Shown piece after piece: positions 56,968 to 64,000 of a stretch of DNA of 64,000 bases. Position numbers and translations under genes: made by a program. Source of the DNA: Eledone cirrhosa (Eukaryota); contig OZ024762.1 of assembly GCA_964016885.1 (NCBI GenBank), forward strand, positions 9,424,001 to 9,488,000, written 5' to 3'. Each line of letters starts with the position of its first letter. The first letter of the stretch is position 1. The notes under the pieces were generated by a model, which worked only from the letters and a program-made list of their open reading frames with translations, was not told the origin of the DNA and ran no database searches.

Positions 56968-57398
56968 CTCCTCTCCGGTTATTTCAAGCGTTAAACTAAT
57001 ATATTTTTTCAATGTACTGTGTCGTTTCCTTTGTTATTTCTGTTTCTGTTTACCTTTTACATATGTATATCCCAACTCCACTCAAGTCCACAACCCACAC
57101 CATAAAGTGGTCCCTATGGAGCCACAAAGTGCCCAGCTCACACTATAAAGTGGTCGTGCAGGTATCACTACTAAAACGCCCAGTCCAAACTGTAAAGTGG
57201 TTGTGTAGATATCACGACAAAAAGCACCCAGTACTCACTGTAAATGTGGTTGGCGTTAGGAAGGGCATCCAGCCATAGAAACCAACCCAAAATCAGTTGT
57301 GTGTGAACGAAACATGTCCCCCGACATGATCTCTCACAAAGAGACAGCCTGACCTGCCCATGCTAGCATGGAAAATGAACATTAAATGATGATGATGA

Positions 57399-57440
<42 letters not shown>

Positions 57441-57456
57441 AACAACAGAATATAAT

Positions 57457-57530
57457 TATTTCATTACCAAAGGTTTCAGGAAACTATAGGATCTCAACAG
57501 CAACGTCCAGTACACTCCTCAGATGAAATA
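57457..57530 (-). ncRNA. Type I hammerhead motif
   Basis: Minus strand: tatttcat-CTGAGGA-(degenerate stem II)-GAAA-cc ttt g-GTA^atgaaata. Stem I extends through flanking inverted sequence (about 57435-57551). Confidence 0.6.
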
Positions 57531-57677
57531 TTTATATTGTGTTGTTTATTATGTAATTAAATAGCTCTGTACTACACATAGAGCACTCTCCTTTCTTTTA
57601 CTTTTTCTACGGAAATACATAACATATATCATTATCTATAAAAGGCATATATATATGCAGGGGTCCTGACTCTTTTC

Positions 57678-57739
<62 letters not shown>

Positions 57740-57803
57740 TAGTGAAAACTTGGACGGGAACAAAAACAGAGAAGCAGTAAATAAAAGTTTATTAGGTTCT
57801 ATA

Positions 57804-57835
<32 letters not shown>

Positions 57836-58261
57836 CACATACATACATAAATACATACATGTGTATGTATTTTGACTAAGTCATTGCGTCCTGTAGAGTT
57901 ACCTCCCCTTCCTTTCGTTACACATCTGCAATGCTGTCTAATTTCGTCATCACAAGTAATATTATACGATGTTATATATATTGAAGTTGGTATTAAAAAC
58001 TACAATAACAAAAAAACACAAAAAACTACCATGATCACAGTTACACTATATTGTTAAATATCTCCTATCTATAAACAAGATCTTTCAGTACATCGAGGTT
58101 ACAGAAAGATTCAACAAGCTGCCCTTGTTTTTTTTTCTTTTCGTCATTAAAAAAAAACATATTTATATTTCTTTTGCCTCTCGTTGTCATTCTTTTTCCT
58201 TTGTTTCTCTTTCTTTGTTTTGTTTATTAACTCTAAGGGGTATTAACTAAACCCTCTAGTC

Positions 58262-58852
58262 CAGCGTTTATCAACCTTTTTACCCTTGTGGAACACATGA
58301 AATAGTGTTCATGTCTCAAAGAACCCCTGCATAAAAAAATTTTATATACCATTATCAGACCTGTCAACTCTCTCGGTCGGAAGGGGAGATTTCCCATCCA
58401 CTTTCGGGTGGGTGAGAGATGTCTTCTCTTGTGAAAATGGATATAGCTTTCATTATGTAAAATCTCCCCATTTTGCCTCGTTTTTCCCCGTTTTGGGGTC
58501 TCTTTTTTTCATGGTGCTCCCCGTTTGGGTTTTTAGAGGTTAGCAAGTCTGATACACCATTATTAATGGTGGATTGCCAGTATCGGTCGAGGGTCGGACC
58601 CTATGCTTTGCAGCACAGAGTTACAGCCCTTTACGGTCCGAGTTCAAATCCCGCCGAGGTTAACTTTGCCTTTCATCCTTACGGGGGTCGATAAAATAAA
58701 GTACCTGTAATACACTGGGATAATTGCTGGCCTTGTGCCAAAAGTAGAAACAATTAATATCTATCTCTTTTATATTACTCATCACTGTTTCTCGCGGATC
58801 TCTCAGCGTTCCAGGGGAACACCAGTGGGGTAACACCGGTTGAGAAACGCTG
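58262..58852. mobile_element. hAT-type MITE with nested family A SINE (+, 58566-58752)
   Basis: TIRs cagcgtttatcaacc / ggttgagaaacgctg; degenerate 8-bp TSD ctctagtc/ctcgtgtc. Confidence 0.7.
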
Positions 58853-59328
58853 CTCGTGTCTGTCACAGCTTACTAGCTCTATATGGATGTTTAACTTCAC
58901 TACATAAATACATACGTTGCCACACGCAATAATAGAATAATAGGCTATGATGTTTTAGGTTACCACACGCTATCACATTTCTAACATTTTCTCTCCTTCT
59001 ACCCAGAGAACAATCAAATCGGGAATATTATACGGATACATAATAAATATTATTAAAAACTAGATGAAGGAGGTCTTTTGTGTGTGTCAAGGGCACGACA
59101 GCCTCGCTATTGTTGAAAGGATACGATAGAACACACCCAGTACACTCAGTGCTTATCAGTAGAGAAAGCATCCAGCCGTGGTAAGCTTGTCAAACGAAGG
59201 AGCAAGATAACGTTTCAGCTGTGTTAAAGACACAACCTCTACCCCAGTACTACTAGATAGGATGTGGTAATGATCTCAGCTTTATATATAATAAAGATGA
59301 AATAAAAGTTGGTTATAAGAGTTCCATA

Positions 59329-59398
59329 TATTTTATTATACGTATTTCGAATACAAAATCATCCTGGGACAGAAATTGTGTTCTCTTCAGATAAAATA
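59329..59398 (-). ncRNA. Type I hammerhead motif, left arm of long inverted repeat
   Basis: Minus strand: tattttat-CTGAAGA-gaacacaa...ttgtattc-GAAA-tacgta-TA^ataaaata. Confidence 0.75.
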
Positions 59399-59518
59399 AG
59401 GTACAATGATATGAGGCATTATAAGTGTTATATACTATATAACACTTCTATTTCTGTCATATGTAGACTTAACACTTTCCTATAAACAAGTGCTATTATG
59501 CCTCATATCATTGTACCT

Positions 59519-59588
59519 TATTTTATCTGAAGAGAACACAACATCTGTCTTAGGATGATTTTGTATTCGAAATACGTATAATAAAATA
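59519..59588 (+). ncRNA. Type I hammerhead motif, right arm of long inverted repeat
   Basis: tattttat-CTGAAGA-gaacacaa...ttgtattc-GAAA-tacgta-TA^ataaaata; palindromic ATACGTAT stem III region. Confidence 0.75.
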
Positions 59589-59623
59589 TATGGAACTCTT
59601 ATAACCATCTTTTATTTCATCTT

Positions 59624-59668
<45 letters not shown>

Positions 59669-59783
59669 TAGAAGTTGTATTTAATTTGTTGGAAGTCCGA
59701 CAAACAATGTTTATAACTAATTTAGAGCACTCAACAAGCACTGGAGTAAATACTCAATGATATTAAATAAATGGAAACTATAT

Positions 59784-59839
<56 letters not shown>

Positions 59840-59968
59840 GAGGGTGTCCCCCCAAAATATATACATACTTTTATTAGAATGCTCAAGTGTGTATACATTT
59901 TTGGGGACACCCTGTATATATATAGTTCAAGGAAACGACAAAACCGAGGTACAAGTCTTGGGTGTGTG

Positions 59969-60029
<61 letters not shown>

Positions 60030-60189
60030 GTGTGTATATATATATATATGTGTGTGTGTATCCCAGGTTCAATCGGGGGTAACCACAGTAAGTCAGGTAC
60101 TCAATACATATCAGAGTATAAATATTTAATATAGAAATGGCTTCTACAGGACTAGAACTGTTCTAGTCCTGTAGAAGCCATTTCTATAT

Positions 60190-60253
<64 letters not shown>

Positions 60254-60294
60254 TTCAAAATATTAACAAAATAGATATTCTTGTGATCAATTAT

Positions 60295-60359
60295 ATTTTA
60301 TTATACATATTTCAGAGGTACTGAGTTAAGTTTAACAGTACGTCCTCATCAGATAAAAT
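60295..60359 (-). ncRNA. Type I hammerhead motif
   Basis: Minus strand: attttat-CTGATGA-ggacgtactg ttaaacttaact cagtacctct-GAAA-tatgta-TA^ataaaat. Confidence 0.7.
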
Positions 60360-60439
60360 CGGATGATGCATGACATACCCTGACATAGTAGATGGTTAAG
60401 ACTCAGTCATGGTGTATTCATTGAACCTTGTTTAACTTT

Positions 60440-60482
<43 letters not shown>

Positions 60483-60708
60483 CGAAGGAAATGTGGTAAG
60501 GAACCAGGTGAACCATAACGCACCAAAGTACTCAATACTTAGGGTAGTAGAGTGGGTAATAGGAACGAGTAGGACCCCGACGGCTGAGCTCAAGCCGTTT
60601 CGACGGCTAATTCTGGACTAAATCAACAGGAGTCAATAAATCTGGAATCTCATTTAGTCCAGAATTAGCCGTCGAAACGGCTTGAACTCAGCCGTCGGGG
60701 TCCTACTC

Positions 60709-60806
<98 letters not shown>

Positions 60807-61881
60807 TAAACGAAGTTTCATACAGTTAACAGGTATGTGCTATACCAAAGGTTTCAAGGTCCAGTCATGGATAGATGGATAGACAGACAGATAAATGGAT
60901 TAGCCAGATGGATAGATAGATAAATAGATGGAATATATTGATAGGAATTTATCGTTGTCATCGTTGCCACAAATCAACAGGAGTCAATAAATCTGGAATG
61001 TCAGATCAACATTCGATAAAGGGGAAAGGATTCGGCGTCTAAAATGTGACAACTATCAACTCGATTTTGAAAGGGTCTCAGTGGATAATTACATAGGCAA
61101 CGTAATAGATAGACAGTAACAACAAACATCCAGGTAAAATCCATGTTATGTGTATATGTATATATATGTGTGTGTGAGACCCGGGTTCAATCGGGGTGTA
61201 ACCACAGTAAGGTACTCAATATATTTGTAGAGTGTAAACAAGTTTAAATATAGAAAATGGCTTCTACAGGATTAGAACTGTTTCATTCGAAAGAAATCAC
61301 CAGGAGAGCCAACTGTCATTGTAATATGGTTGGCTTTCCAGATGATTTCTTTCGAATGAAACAGTTCTAGACCTGTAGAAGCCATCTATATATATATATG
61401 GCCAATATAGAGTGGGATAAGAGGTCAGATAGATAGATAGATAGATAGATAGGCAGACAAATACACACAGACAGATAAATGAATAGATGGTAGATAGATG
61501 AGTAGATAGATATATAAGAATGTTTATTTGCCACAAGGGCGGACAAGAAATGAGGCATTACAAGACGTGATGGCAGGGGTTTTACATAAAATTGTGTAAA
61601 GAAGTTATAACAATGAAAATTAGACAATCGAAATCCCCAATAGGGGGAAGGTTTCTGCGGGGTTGTTTTACACCCCGTAGATAGAACAACAATCAACACC
61701 AGGAACACGTTTTGTAGATGCTCTTGTCTTCCCTCTTTTGTCCTTTTCAACCTACAGGTTTATATACAGAGAGAGAGAGACATAGAGATAGACAGACAGA
61801 CAGACAGGCCGACAGATAGATAGACATAGAGACAGACAGACAGACAGACAGATAGATAGATAGATACATATATATATATAT

Positions 61882-62008
61882 AGTTTCTACTTTTGGCACA
61901 AGGCTAGTGATTACCTCAGTGCACCACTGGTACTTTATTTTATCGACCTCGTAAGGATGAAAGGCAAAGTTAACCTCGGCGGATTTGAACTCAGAACGCA
62001 AAGGGCCA
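61882..62008 (-). mobile_element. Truncated family A SINE
   Basis: Homologous body and B box. Confidence 0.8.
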
Positions 62009-62063
62009 TACATCATCATCATCATCATCATCATTTTACGTCCACTTTTCCCTGTTTGCAAGG

Positions 62064-62115
<52 letters not shown>

Positions 62116-62425
62116 ACATACAGATAGACAGATATATATATAGATAGATAAATAGATAGATAGATAGATATAATCGTGGTACAGACCTGAGAGTTGTGAC
62201 TCATTTATATACAGTTTCAGTTTATAAGTGGTGATTATATATATATATATATGGTTCCCAAATATATAATTATATACATATAAACATGCGTGTTTAAAAG
62301 AATCCTGAGTTATGTCACCTTACGATATTACATCGTGTTTACGTTGGTTGGAGATGCACTATATATAAATGATAAACAGGGTAGACTGCGTATGTATATG
62401 CGTATATATATATATAAGGACAGAC

Positions 62426-62482
<57 letters not shown>

Positions 62483-62631
62483 AGGAAAGACTGCGTGTGT
62501 GTGTATGTATGTATATATGAGAATGGGTGTTTAAAATAACACAGTTATTTTATATATATATGAATGTATGTATGTATATATGAGAATGAGTGTTTAAAAT
62601 AACACAGCTATTTTATATATATATAAGGACA

Positions 62632-62719
<88 letters not shown>

Positions 62720-62853
62720 GAATGGATGTATATATATGAGAATGGGTGTTTAAAATAACACAGTGTTTAAAACATTAAAACAGTGACTGAATGAGTATTC
62801 AATATGTGTAAGTATATATAGAGGGTAGGTTCTATTTCCTGGGTACTCAGAAA

Positions 62854-62917
<64 letters not shown>

Positions 62918-63355
62918 CACACATATAATCATAGTATATATACATATAATCATAGTATATATATATATATATACACACACACGTAACTAAAATATTACGA
63001 TAGATTCTGAGATGTTATAATACAATGTATTTCGTATTTACGTTGGTTGAGTTTGAACAATATAAATGTATGGTGTGGTGTGGTGTGGGTGTGTTCCCCC
63101 ACCAAAATAAGTCCTTGTGTTCACCCTGCTGCCAAGAACACCAACATTAAACCCATCCCTCCCTCTCTTCTCTCTGTCAAGCTTACTCATTCACGCAGGC
63201 ACACACATGCATCAAGAAGCCCTCCCATCTTTTCCTTACACACACATATATATATTGTAACTTCGTTTATATTCATTACTACCCCACTCTCAAGAGCGTG
63301 AAATTAATAAACATTTGTTGTACTGCCTCTCTGTTTTGTTCCCGTTCAATTTTTC

Positions 63356-63429
<74 letters not shown>

Positions 63430-63511
63430 TGTATGTCCCTCTATGTTGTACATTTAATGATCCTTTCTCTCTTAAACCTACACATTAAGCCCGTCATCAA
63501 ATGACACACGC

Positions 63512-63563
<52 letters not shown>

Positions 63564-63678
63564 CAATTGCCAGCTTCCCTTTCACTAACTAATTATAGAA
63601 TCTCATCCCTTCCTCCCTCCCTCTCTCACTCGCACTATTACCTCACCTCACTCCATCTTATCATCACCGCCATCTCTC

Positions 63679-63714
<36 letters not shown>

Positions 63715-64000
63715 TTAGTGTTAATAGTCTCTCTCTCTCTCTCTCTCTCTACAACTACCATAGCAACCCCCTCTCTTTCTCAGACATACCACCATCACCA
63801 CCATCACAACATTAATCCTGTTCTCCTCTCTAACACACCATCATCACCATCACAACATTAGTCATGTTCTCCACTCTCACAAACACCACCACCACCACCA
63901 CCACCACAAGCATTACACTAATCCCCCTTCTCTCTCACAAACACCACCACCACCACAAGGATTACACTAATCCCCCTTCTCTCTCACAAACACCACCACC

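Noticed and set aside
57903-58000. Open minus-strand segment FLIPTSIY...CVTKGRG with AG/GT borders
   Set aside because: No homology and AT-rich composition; its phase 1 end does not fit the next candidate exon (33 nt, phase 0).
61668-61751. Possible minus-strand terminal exon VEKDKRGKTRASTKRVPGVDCCSIYGV*
   Set aside because: Weak pyrimidine tract and no recognisable homology; cannot be supported without RNA data.

Overview
AT-rich, intron-dominated animal DNA. The microsatellite load and SINE/LINE repertoire suggest an octopod cephalopod (inference). One host gene is supported: the 3' part of a minus-strand OXR1/NCOA7/mustard-family gene. Five GT-AG exons (14761 to 9810) splice in frame into a complete TLDc domain. 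A phase-0 ATG exon at 21315-21398 would give a 218-aa TLDc-only isoform, and several small candidate exons (18-66 nt) lie further upstream. Almost all ORF-track entries are artefacts of simple repeats. The introns hold tRNA-derived SINEs, RTE- and CR1-like LINE remnants, hAT/Tc1-mariner/piggyBac-like MITEs and many tandem arrays. The most striking non-coding signal is seven complete or near-complete type I hammerhead ribozyme motifs plus several half-motifs. They come from several sequence families and mostly sit in fold-back palindromes beside (TA)n tracts, consistent with Penelope-like or retrozyme remnants. Also notable: two candidate exons that are reverse complements of each other (possible editing or splicing duplex), and repeated birth of minisatellites from retroelement 3' ends. 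All coordinates were read by eye; nothing was searched or folded computationally.
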